Source of the DNA: an uncultured Planctomycetota bacterium
Lineage (GTDB): Bacteria > Planctomycetota > PLA2 > JAEUHO01
Direction of reading: 5' to 3'
Assembly: GCA_963752285.1 (NCBI GenBank)
Contig: CAVVXN010000005.1
Span: forward strand, 160,001 to 224,000
Length of the DNA: 64,000 nucleotides
The position numbers and the translations under genes were made by a program. Each line of letters starts with the position of its first letter. The first letter of the stretch is position 1. This document shows, one piece after another, positions 50,547 to 60,168 of the stretch. The notes under the pieces are model-generated. The model was given only the letters and a program-made list of their open reading frames with translations. It ran no database searches and was not told where the DNA came from.

Positions 50547-52955
50547 CTATCCGTTCGCCGGGGACGCCGCCGTCGCGCGCTGTTCCCCCGACCGGCCGAA
50601 GAGCCACGAGAGGAGAGACTCCACGACGAGCAGTCCGAAGAGGACCCAGAGGAGGATCGACGAGATCTCGCCCTGCTCGACGCTCTGCGTGGTCGCGGTG
50701 GCCTCGCCCCACGTCGTGAGCACGCGAACGTCCGACTCCGCGGGCAGCGCGCCGAGCACGGAGGCGTCGCTCGCGCGCGCGAGCCGGCCCTCGGACGGGT
50801 CGGGGTTCACCGCGAAGTGCTCGACGACCTCGCGCACCTGGCCGCGACGACCCTCCGCCTGGTACACGAGGTTCCACACGCCGACCGTCCCCACGCGGTC
50901 CTCGACCCACGTCGGTCGGTCGAGGGGCCCGGCCGCGTCGTACCGCGTCGGCGTGGTCTCGGAGCCGCCGGCGGGCATCACGTGCACGCCCTGCGCGTCG
51001 CGCGGGAGCCACGTGACGACCATGCGACGGCCGACCTCGAGGTTCCGGCGCTCGTCGTCCGGTCGCGTGAGCTCCTTCGCGGCGCGGTCGAGGAGCACGG
51101 GGAGGAAGAAGGGAAGGGCGTTCTTCGTCCAGCGGCCCTCGCCGTCGAGGCACGTGGAAACCCAGAGCGTCTTTCCGGCGCCGAACGCGCCCTCGACCGC
51201 GAACGGGCTCCCGTCGGCGTACCGGAGTACGACGGTCTCGGGGGCGTTCGGCGCGGCGGGCCCGCCCCCGTCGGGCGAGGCACCCGGCGCCGGCTCGCGG
51301 AACGGCATCCGGCCCCACACGATCAGCGGGTACAGGCCGATCCACATCTCCGCCTTGGGGTCGGTGAACGGCGCGGCGAGCGGGTTCCCCGTGGTCTTCG
51401 CGAAGTCGAGCTGGTACCCGTCGTGCTCGTTGGCGTCCAGGACCTCGGGCGGGCCGTACGGGAGCGGCAGGAGGCGCCGGCTCGCGTCCGCCCAGAAGAG
51501 GTCGTTCAGGGCGGACGGGTCGCTGAGCCGCGCGTTGTCGCCGACGAACACGAGGAGCGCGCCGCCGCCGCGCACGAACGCCTCGAGCGCCGTCGCCGTC
51601 TCACGGCGCGGCACCTCGTTCGCGAGCACGACGAGATCCGGCGTCTCACCCCGGCCCCGGAGCGCCTCGAGCAGGTCCTCGTCGGACGGGACCGTGCGCA
51701 GGTCGTAGAGGTTGTTGCGCTCCACGCGCTGGCCCTGGTCGTTCGTCGCGTAGCGCTCGAACAGCCCGCGGAGGTACGTCTCGGCGGTCACGCGCGCGCC
51801 GCGGGACGCCTCGGTCCACGCGAGGACGCGGATGCGGTCGCGGAACCCGAGCGCGAGCGAGCGACGGCTGTCGAGCCCGAGCGCGTCCGCGCCCGCGTCG
51901 TCCGGCGGCGGCGAGATCTCGACGGTGAGCACGTGCGAGCCCGGCGTCTTCAGCTCCGAGCCGGGCAGGTCGAACACCACGGTCTCCGTACCCGGCTTCC
52001 CGGTCTCGGCGTCGAACGCGGGGAGCGAGTCCACCTTGGCCGTGGCGAGGGTCGTCGCGCTGTTGTCGAGCGCTACGCTCACGCGCGCCTGGCGCACCTC
52101 CGTCGGCCCCTGGTTCTCGACGACGGCGGCGAGCCGCAGGGGATGGCCCACGAAGGCGTCGCGGCGCATCGGCACGGTCAGGCGCGCGACCGTCAGGTTC
52201 CGGCGCTCGGGGCCGCCCACCTCGACGACGCGGATCGCCGCGGGGAGCCGGAGCAGGTTCGCGAGCTGCTGCGTCGAGGCTTCGCGCCAGTCCTTCGCCT
52301 GGAGGTCCGTGACGAGGACGACGAGCCGGTTCGTGTCCTCGTCGGTCGTCTGGCGCGCGAGGAGCGACAACGTCGCCGGCCAGTCCGCGGGCGCATGCCG
52401 GCGCGAGAGGGAGGCCACCGCCTCCTTCGCACGCGCGACGCCGTCGCGCCCCACGACGCGCGGCACGAGGACGAACGGCGCAGTACCGTCCGACGACTGC
52501 GTGCGCGGGTCGTTCGTGACGACGACCGAGATGGTGTCCTCCGGCCCCAGGCTCGAGAGGACGGCCTCGGCCTCGGACTTCGCGAGCTCCTCGAACGTCC
52601 GGCCGCTCCGCGCCGTGCCCATGCTGTACGACGAGTCCACGACCAGGTAGACGCTCTTCTTGCTGCCGATCAGGCCCGCGAGCGCGGGCTCCGTGAGCAC
52701 GGGCCGGGCGAGCGCGAGCCCCAGCACGAGGACCGCGGCGATGCGCAGCGCGAGGATCAGCCAGTTCTCGAGGCGCAGGCGTCGCTGGTGGCGACGGGCG
52801 GCCGCGAGGAGCCACTGCATCGCGGCCCACCGCTGGTGCCGCACGCGACGGCGGTTCAGGAGGTGGATCACGATCGGGACCGCGACGAGCGCCGCGCCGA
52901 GACCCAGGAGGCCCGGGTGGATGAAGAACGCCGCGGGGGCGAGGGCGGGGATCAT
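50547..52955 (-). CDS. BatA-domain vWA membrane protein
   Basis: PIVIHLLNRRR...WAAMQWL...ALARP (BatA); MIDAS DSSYS and VTDLQ; FVRGGGALL; FAVNPDPSEG; C-terminal TM. Confidence 0.88.
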   Translation of the reverse strand: MIPALAPAAFFIHPGLLGLGAALVAVPIVIHLLNRRRVRHQRWAAMQWLLAAARRHQRRLRLENWLILALRIAAVLVLGLALARPVLTEPALAGLIGSKKSVYLVVDSSYSMGTARSGRTFEELAKSEAEAVLSSLGPEDTISVVVTNDPRTQSSDGTAPFVLVPRVVGRDGVARAKEAVASLSRRHAPADWPATLSLLARQTTDEDTNRLVVLVTDLQAKDWREASTQQLANLLRLPAAIRVVEVGGPERRNLTVARLTVPMRRDAFVGHPLRLAAVVENQGPTEVRQARVSVALDNSATTLATAKVDSLPAFDAETGKPGTETVVFDLPGSELKTPGSHVLTVEISPPPDDAGADALGLDSRRSLALGFRDRIRVLAWTEASRGARVTAETYLRGLFERYATNDQGQRVERNNLYDLRTVPSDEDLLEALRGRGETPDLVVLANEVPRRETATALEAFVRGGGALLVFVGDNARLSDPSALNDLFWADASRRLLPLPYGPPEVLDANEHDGYQLDFAKTTGNPLAAPFTDPKAEMWIGLYPLIVWGRMPFREPAPGASPDGGGPAAPNAPETVVLRYADGSPFAVEGAFGAGKTLWVSTCLDGEGRWTKNALPFFLPVLLDRAAKELTRPDDERRNLEVGRRMVVTWLPRDAQGVHVMPAGGSETTPTRYDAAGPLDRPTWVEDRVGTVGVWNLVYQAEGRRGQVREVVEHFAVNPDPSEGRLARASDASVLGALPAESDVRVLTTWGEATATTQSVEQGEISSILLWVLFGLLVVESLLSWLFGRSGEQRATAASPANG

Positions 52956-53831
52956 CGGGCCCGTCTCCGCGCCTCGCGCTTCGCGAGGTACGCGGTCAAG
53001 ACGACGGCGAGCGTGTCGGCCGTGTCGATTTCGACCAGGTCGATCCGGTTCTGGAGACAGACCCGTCGGAGCGTCTTCTTGAACCCTTCGACCTGGTCGA
53101 GGTAGGCCTGGCGCAGGGCCAGCGGGTCGGCGGTCAGGCGGGCGAGATCCTCCAGTCCCTCGAAACGCGTCATCCGCTCGAAGGGAAACGTGACCTCGTC
53201 GCGCGCGAGCACGTGGAACAGGATCACGTCGTGCCCCCGCTGCCGAAGGCGCTTGAGACCGCGGACCACCTCGCGGGTGTCGTCGAGCAGATCCGAGAAG
53301 AGCACGACGATGCCCTTCCGCCGCAGCGTCTCGGCGACCTCGGACAAGGCGCGCCCCGTGTCGGTCGGCGCGGCGGGCACCGCCTCCTCGAGGAGGCGGA
53401 AGATCGTCTTGAGGTGCGTCGTGCTGCTCTGCGCGGGGAGCGCGTAGCGCACCTTCTGGTCGTAGACGACCAGGCCCACGGCGTCCTGCTGGTTCGTGAC
53501 GAGGTACGCCAGCGCCGCCGCGGCCCAGCGGGCGTAGTCGAGCTTGCTCGGCCCGCGGTCCTCGATCGACGTGTATGCCATCGACGCGCTCGCGTCCACC
53601 ACGAGGTGCGCCTCGAGATTCGTCTCTTCCTCGTAGCGCTTGATGTAGAGGCGGTCGGTGCGGCCGTAGACCTTCCAGTCGAGGAACCGGAGGTCGTCTC
53701 CCGGGACGTATTCGCGGTGCTCGGCGAACTCCACGGAGAAGCCGTGGAACGGGCTCCGGTGCAGGCCCGAGACGTAGCCCTCGACGATGCGCTTCGCCTT
53801 GAGCTCGAGTCCCGCGACCTGGTCGAGGATC

Positions 53832-54893
<1,062 letters not shown>

Positions 54894-55005
54894 GGTGAGG
54901 ATCTCCGGCCGGCGCGGCGGCGCCGGTTCATCGCGCATTGAACCACCCCGCGCGGGGCCGTCGCCGCGCGTTCGGGCGCGAGACCCGGCCGCGCGAGGCC
55001 GCCGG

Positions 55006-57255
55006 TCACCGCGCCGCCCAACCGGTCACGAGCCGGCTCCCGACCGCGAGGATCCCGACGCCCGGAATCGGGACCAGGTTGCCGAAGGGCTTCGCGCCCG
55101 AGGACAGGATGTCGGCCCAGGACTCCGGTGTGCGGCTCGCGTCCACGGTCGCGAGGTCGTGACCCGTCGCCGCGTCGAGCACGACCAGGCCGTCCGCGGT
55201 GGAGACCACGAGCTCCTTCGAGGTGAGGAGCGCGCGGCCCCACGGCTCCGCGCCGTGCCCCGTCGTCGAGACCGCGCGCCACACGGGGGGGCGCCGTGGG
55301 GAGAGGGCGTCGAGACCGACCGCGATCGGCGGGGGCGGCTCGCCCTCCGCGGCGGCGCCCTTCCCCACGAGGACGAGCAGCGGGGGACGGTCGTCGGCCG
55401 CCGGCAGGATCCCTACGACCTGCTCCGCCGCGAAGTCCACGAGGTCGAAGCGGCGGTGCACGCGCCACGAAACGAGGGAACGCTCTCGCCCCCGGGGCCG
55501 GTCGAAGAGGACGAGCACGTAGGGTCCGTCCGTCGGCGCGGCGTAGACGCGGTCCAGCGCGAGCACCGGCGGCTCGTCCTGGAACGAGCTCTGTCGCGGG
55601 CTCCCGTCCCGCAGCGCACCGAGGCGCCGCGCGCGGTTCGTCGCCGCGACGCCTCGGTCGTAGCGCAGCAGCCATTCGACGGTGCCGTCCACCACGTCCA
55701 CGGCCGCGAGCACGCCGAGACCGGTCGAGACGACGACGCGCCCGCGCGCGCCGGAGGGCGCGCTGGGGAGGGCCTCGTCGGGACGCTGGCTGCGCACGGG
55801 GCTGCCCGAGCAGAGGAACGTGCGCACCTGGACCACGCCGGTCTCGGGATCGAGCCCGAAGAGCCACGCCTCGCCCTGGTCGCTCGAGCTCGCGCCGCCG
55901 CGGATGCCCGCCATCCAGAGCCGGCCCGCGTACAGGAGCGGCGCGCCGTAGAGCCGGGTGTGCTCGGGCATGCCGTCGCGCGGGGAGAGCCCGCCGTTTC
56001 GCCACGCCGACTCCAGGCGTGCGCCGTCCCAGCGCACGGCCTCGAGGCGGTCGTCCCGGTCCTGGTCGTAGCCCCACGCCGACGGGTCGCTCTCGGGATC
56101 CGGAGCCGCGAGGTAGATCAGCCTCCCGCCCGGGCCCGCCGGGCCGAGGGTGAGCGCGTGGCCCTCGGCGAGGCCGAACGCCTCCCGTGCGTCCTCGTCC
56201 AATGCGTACGTCAGCGAACGTCCCGCCGCGTCCATGACGGCGAACGGCGGCGGCTCGGCGGCGATGCGTCCCGTCTCGGCTTCGAGCGCGTAGAGGACCC
56301 GGCCGTCGAAGACGAACGCGAGCCCGCCGTCCACGACGGCGCGGGGGGGGACCCACGGGCTCGGACGGTCCGCCGGGCTGTGGCCAGGGACCTCCGGGAG
56401 CGGGTCCTCCTCCTCCAGGGCGTCCGTCCACGCCCCCGTGAACGCCGCGCCGAGCGGAGGGGCCAGCGCCGCCCGGTCGGCCGACCCGCCCGTCGTGGGC
56501 CACGAGGTGGCCGGCTCTCGCCCGCGCGCGATCGCCGCCGCGAGCGGGACCACGCGGCGGGAGAGCGGCGCGTCGGGCGCCTCGGCCGCACGGAGCGACG
56601 CGAGCGCGTCCGCCTCGCGGCCCGGCCGCGCGCGGAGCACCGCCTCGAACCGGAGTCGCCGCTCGTGCCAGGGGAGGAGCGTCGCCGGGTCCTCGGCGCT
56701 CGTCTCCTCGACGTCCTGCAGGCGCTCGAGCCAGCCGAGCGCGCGGTCCGTGTCTCCCCGCTCGCTGGCCAGGGCCGCCAGGAGGAGGCAGGCGCTCCGG
56801 CCCTCGTCGATCGGCAGGAACCGCTCGGCGACCTCCGCCAGGAGGTCCTCGCGGCGCTCCGCACGCGCGCGTTCGAGCAGCGCGCGGGCCGTGGGTCCGT
56901 ACTGCGCCTCGGCGGCCGCGAGCGCGGGCGCGCCCGCCGCGAGGAGGCGGCCCTGGGCCGCGCGGGCCGCGCCCACGTAGACCTCGGTCCCGCGCACGGG
57001 GACGACGTACGGCGAAGCGGCGCCGGACTCCTCGGCGTCCGTGCGTCGGTCCACGATCGCCTGGACCGCGCGCGCGAACGCGGGCCAGTCCTCGTTCGTC
57101 GCCGCCTGGTCCACGGAGGTGAACGCCTCGGCGATCGCCGACACGTCGCTGCGGACGTAAGAGCTGTTCTCCTCGGGGGCGACGGCCTTCTCGTCCGCCG
57201 CGCGCGTCGCGAGCGGGAGGAGGAGCACGAGGAGGAGGGCCCGGAGGGGGCGCAC
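55006..57255 (-). CDS. Exported PQQ-type beta-propeller protein
   Basis: Signal peptide; SWPTTGG; ALEAETG, GLDPETG, AVDVVDGTVEW, LDAATG blades; layout parallels the N-half of 43360..47745. Confidence 0.8.
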   Translation of the reverse strand: MRPLRALLLVLLLPLATRAADEKAVAPEENSSYVRSDVSAIAEAFTSVDQAATNEDWPAFARAVQAIVDRRTDAEESGAASPYVVPVRGTEVYVGAARAAQGRLLAAGAPALAAAEAQYGPTARALLERARAERREDLLAEVAERFLPIDEGRSACLLLAALASERGDTDRALGWLERLQDVEETSAEDPATLLPWHERRLRFEAVLRARPGREADALASLRAAEAPDAPLSRRVVPLAAAIARGREPATSWPTTGGSADRAALAPPLGAAFTGAWTDALEEEDPLPEVPGHSPADRPSPWVPPRAVVDGGLAFVFDGRVLYALEAETGRIAAEPPPFAVMDAAGRSLTYALDEDAREAFGLAEGHALTLGPAGPGGRLIYLAAPDPESDPSAWGYDQDRDDRLEAVRWDGARLESAWRNGGLSPRDGMPEHTRLYGAPLLYAGRLWMAGIRGGASSSDQGEAWLFGLDPETGVVQVRTFLCSGSPVRSQRPDEALPSAPSGARGRVVVSTGLGVLAAVDVVDGTVEWLLRYDRGVAATNRARRLGALRDGSPRQSSFQDEPPVLALDRVYAAPTDGPYVLVLFDRPRGRERSLVSWRVHRRFDLVDFAAEQVVGILPAADDRPPLLVLVGKGAAAEGEPPPPIAVGLDALSPRRPPVWRAVSTTGHGAEPWGRALLTSKELVVSTADGLVVLDAATGHDLATVDASRTPESWADILSSGAKPFGNLVPIPGVGILAVGSRLVTGWAAR

Positions 57256-57303
57256 GGGGCGGGCATCATCCCACACGACCGGCCGTCGGCGTCCCGTCGT
57301 CGG

Positions 57304-57654
57304 TCAGCGGGGCGGGGCCGAGCGACCGTCCCGCGTCCCGGGCGGCAGCAGGAGGGCCCGGAGCGCGCGCTCCCGCGCGAACGTGTCGAGCCGGGCCGCG
57401 CGCACCTCCTGGTCGAGCTCCCGGAGGCGCGCTTCCTGCCCTCGGTTCTCGCAGCAGAGCCGCGCGTGGTTTGCGGCGAGCCGCATCCGCCTGAGGGCGG
57501 CCGGGATCGTCGAGACGCCCAGCACGAGGAGGCCGGCGAGCGCGACCCAGGCCACCCAGGACGGGAGCGGACGCGGCTGGTCCTCCCCCGGCGGCAGGAG
57601 CACCACCTCGCGCAACGACGCCTCCCCGGCCCCGTGGCCGTCCCCTCCATCCAT
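57304..57654 (-). CDS. Small bitopic coiled-coil protein, FtsB/DivIC-like
   Basis: One TM followed by a ~35-aa coiled coil and DTFARERALRALL, resembling the FtsB D-x3-E-x2-R-x2-L motif. Confidence 0.5.
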   Translation of the reverse strand: MDGGDGHGAGEASLREVVLLPPGEDQPRPLPSWVAWVALAGLLVLGVSTIPAALRRMRLAANHARLCCENRGQEARLRELDQEVRAARLDTFARERALRALLLPPGTRDGRSAPPR

Positions 57655-57801
57655 CGGGCGCGAACGGCGGGGGCTTTCGCACAACCGGCGCCCGGGCCCC
57701 GACGCGCCGGCTCCGCCGGGGGCCCCGCCCCGGGGGCCGCCCCCGGGGCGGGCTCGAGCGCCGCCGGCCGGGCCGGTCCCGACCGTCTACCATTCACCTC
57801 C

Positions 57802-58704
57802 ATGCGACCGAGGTCTCCCCGCCCGCGCCGCCGCCCGATCCGAAACCTGCTGGTCCTGCCCACGATGATCACGACGGGGAACCTCCTCGCGGGGATCCTC
57901 GCCCTCGCCTACCTGAACGACGCGGCCTCGGCGGGGGGGTCCGCCCAGGAGGCGGAGCTCTGGGTCAAGGCGGCCTGGATGGTCTTCCTCGGGATGCTCT
58001 GCGACGGCCTCGACGGCCGTGTGGCGCGCTGGACCCGGAGCAGCAGCGCGTTCGGCGCCCAGCTCGACAGCCTGGCCGACGTGGTGACGTTCGGGGTCGT
58101 CCCCGCCCTGCTCGCGCGGTCGATCCTGATCGCCAGCTTCCCGAACGTGGGGAAGCGGCTCCTCACCGGTTTCGTCGTCGTGTACCTCGTGGGGGCGGCG
58201 CTGCGCCTCGCGCGGTACAACGTCGAGTCCGCGCGCGTGAGCTCCGAGGGCGCGCGGCACGTCACCCGGACGTTCCGCGGCCTCCCGACGCCGGCCGCCG
58301 CGGGCACCGTCGCGAGCCTGGTCCTCCTCACGCAGGCGTACAGCATCCCGCACTTCGACTGGGCGATCCTCCTCCTCACGCCCGTGCTGGGGCTGCTGAT
58401 GATCAGCCGCCTCCCCTACAGCCATGTCGCGAACCGCGTGCTCGAGGGCCATCGTGCGCTGCCCACGATCGTCCTCCTCGCGTTCGTGGTGTTCCTCGGC
58501 GTGATCCACTTCGAGGAGACGATCGGCGCGGTGTTCTTGCTCTACACCTCCTCGGGCGCCGTCATCTACGGGTTGGCGCGTCTGACGGGCCGGCCGGCCT
58601 GGGTCTTCGAGGAGGAGGACGACGAGACCCTGGCCGCGGAGGACGCGCCGGCCGACGGCGACGGCCGGACGGCCGACACGCCCGCGCCGTTCGGTCGAGG
58701 TTGA
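57802..58704 (+). CDS. pssA: CDP-alcohol phosphatidyltransferase (phosphatidylserine synthase-like)
   Basis: LPTMITTGN, DGLDGRVAR...FGAQLDSLADVVTFGVVP, LRLARYN, FRGLPTPAAA, LMIS. Confidence 0.85.
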   Translation: MRPRSPRPRRRPIRNLLVLPTMITTGNLLAGILALAYLNDAASAGGSAQEAELWVKAAWMVFLGMLCDGLDGRVARWTRSSSAFGAQLDSLADVVTFGVVPALLARSILIASFPNVGKRLLTGFVVVYLVGAALRLARYNVESARVSSEGARHVTRTFRGLPTPAAAGTVASLVLLTQAYSIPHFDWAILLLTPVLGLLMISRLPYSHVANRVLEGHRALPTIVLLAFVVFLGVIHFEETIGAVFLLYTSSGAVIYGLARLTGRPAWVFEEEDDETLAAEDAPADGDGRTADTPAPFGRG

Positions 58705-58728
58705 CCCGGCGCGGGCCGGGAATCGAAG

Positions 58729-60168
58729 ATGGTCCGCCCGCGGCCGCCGCGGCGGGGGAGGCTCGACATCGCGGACCACGCGCCCACGCAGGCCTTCGTC
58801 GCGCTCGGGGCGAGTCTCCCCGGGGCGGAGGCGCGCCTCGAGCGCGGCCTGGTCGCCCTCGCCGACGGGGGCGAGCGGGTGGCGGCGGTCTCGCCCGTGG
58901 TGGTCGGGCCGTACGAGTCCGCGCCCGGCCGTCCCGACGCGAGCGGCGGGGAGGTCGCGAACGCGGTGGTCGAGATCCGGACGGCCCTCGCGGCGGACGA
59001 CCTGCTCGCCCGCCTCCACGCGATCGAGGACGACGCGGGCCGCGTGCGCGACGGCCGGCCCGAGCGCGCGCTCGACCTCGACCTGCTCGACCACGGCGGG
59101 GCGGTCCGCGCGGACGCGCCGACGCTGCCGCACCCCCGGGCGCTCGAGCGCGCCTTCGTCCTCGAGCCGTGGGAGGCGATCGCGCCCCTCCACCGCGTCG
59201 CCGGGACCGACCGGACCGTGGTGGAGCACGCCGCGCGGCTGCGCGCGGCGCGGCCCGAGGCGTTCCAGCGTCTCGCGCGCCGTCCCGCGCCGGTCCTCGA
59301 CCGGCCGCGCTCCCGGCCCGCCGTGCTCGCGGACCGCGCGTCCCTCTCCCGGTGGCGTGACGCGTGCGCGGGGACGGTCGGCGTCGTGCCCACGATGGGG
59401 GCGCTCCACGCGGGCCACGCGTCGCTCTTCCGTCGCGCGCGGGCCGAGTGCGACCACGTCCTCGCGACCGTGTTCGTGAACCCGCTCCAGTTCGGCCCGT
59501 CGGAGGACCTCGCGCGCTACCCCCGTGCGCTCGACCTCGACCTGGACGTCGTGGCCCGGGCGGGCGCGGACGCCGTGTACGCCCCGGCGCCCGAGGACGT
59601 GTACGCCGAGGGCTTCGCGACGGCCGTCGAGGTCGAGGGCCCGGCCCACGGCTACGAGGGGGCGCGCCGCCCCGGTCACTTCCGGGGCGTCGCGACGGTG
59701 GTGCTGAAGCTGTGGCAGCGCACGCGCCCCGACCGTGCGTACTTCGGACGCAAGGACGCGCAGCAGCTCGCCGTGATCCGGAGGATGGTCGCGGACCTCG
59801 ACCTCGCCGGCGAGGTGGTCGCCTGTCCCATCGTGCGCGACCCGGACGGCCTGGCCGTCTCGTCGCGGAACCGATACCTCGACGCGGAGACGCGCGCGCG
59901 CGCGCTGGCACTCTCCCGCGCGCTCGAGGAGCTCGCGTTCGCGGCGGCGCGCGGCGTGCCTCGCGCCGACGCGCTCGCGTCCGCTCGGCGACGGCTGGCG
60001 GGCGGCGGTCTCGAGATCGACTACGTGGACGTCGTGGACGCGGACGCGATGACCCCCGCTCGCTTCGGGACCGGCCCCGCGCTCGCGATGGCCACGGTGC
60101 GCGCCGGCTCGACCTGGCTCCTCGACAACCGATGGGTCGCGTGCGCCGGGAACGGGGTTTCGGCGTGA
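58729..60168 (+). CDS. panC: FolK (HPPK)-like domain fused to pantoate--beta-alanine ligase
   Basis: N-terminal ALGAS...NAVV...IEDDAGR...RALDLDLL...LPHPR...RAFVLEP; C-terminal VPTMGALHAGH, FVNPLQF, RPGHFRGV, FGRKDAQQ, DGLAVSSRN; no intervening stop. Confidence 0.9.
   Translation: MVRPRPPRRGRLDIADHAPTQAFVALGASLPGAEARLERGLVALADGGERVAAVSPVVVGPYESAPGRPDASGGEVANAVVEIRTALAADDLLARLHAIEDDAGRVRDGRPERALDLDLLDHGGAVRADAPTLPHPRALERAFVLEPWEAIAPLHRVAGTDRTVVEHAARLRAARPEAFQRLARRPAPVLDRPRSRPAVLADRASLSRWRDACAGTVGVVPTMGALHAGHASLFRRARAECDHVLATVFVNPLQFGPSEDLARYPRALDLDLDVVARAGADAVYAPAPEDVYAEGFATAVEVEGPAHGYEGARRPGHFRGVATVVLKLWQRTRPDRAYFGRKDAQQLAVIRRMVADLDLAGEVVACPIVRDPDGLAVSSRNRYLDAETRARALALSRALEELAFAAARGVPRADALASARRRLAGGGLEIDYVDVVDADAMTPARFGTGPALAMATVRAGSTWLLDNRWVACAGNGVSA

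Noticed and set aside
47796..53105. Very long alternative-frame ORFs (e.g. 47796..53105 +, 556..3924 -, 18233..22342 -, 25473..29177 +, 43123..46938 +, 35725..39336 +)
   Set aside because: They are antisense or shifted shadows of well-supported genes, Arg/Pro/Gly-rich with no motifs; stop codons are scarce at this GC content.
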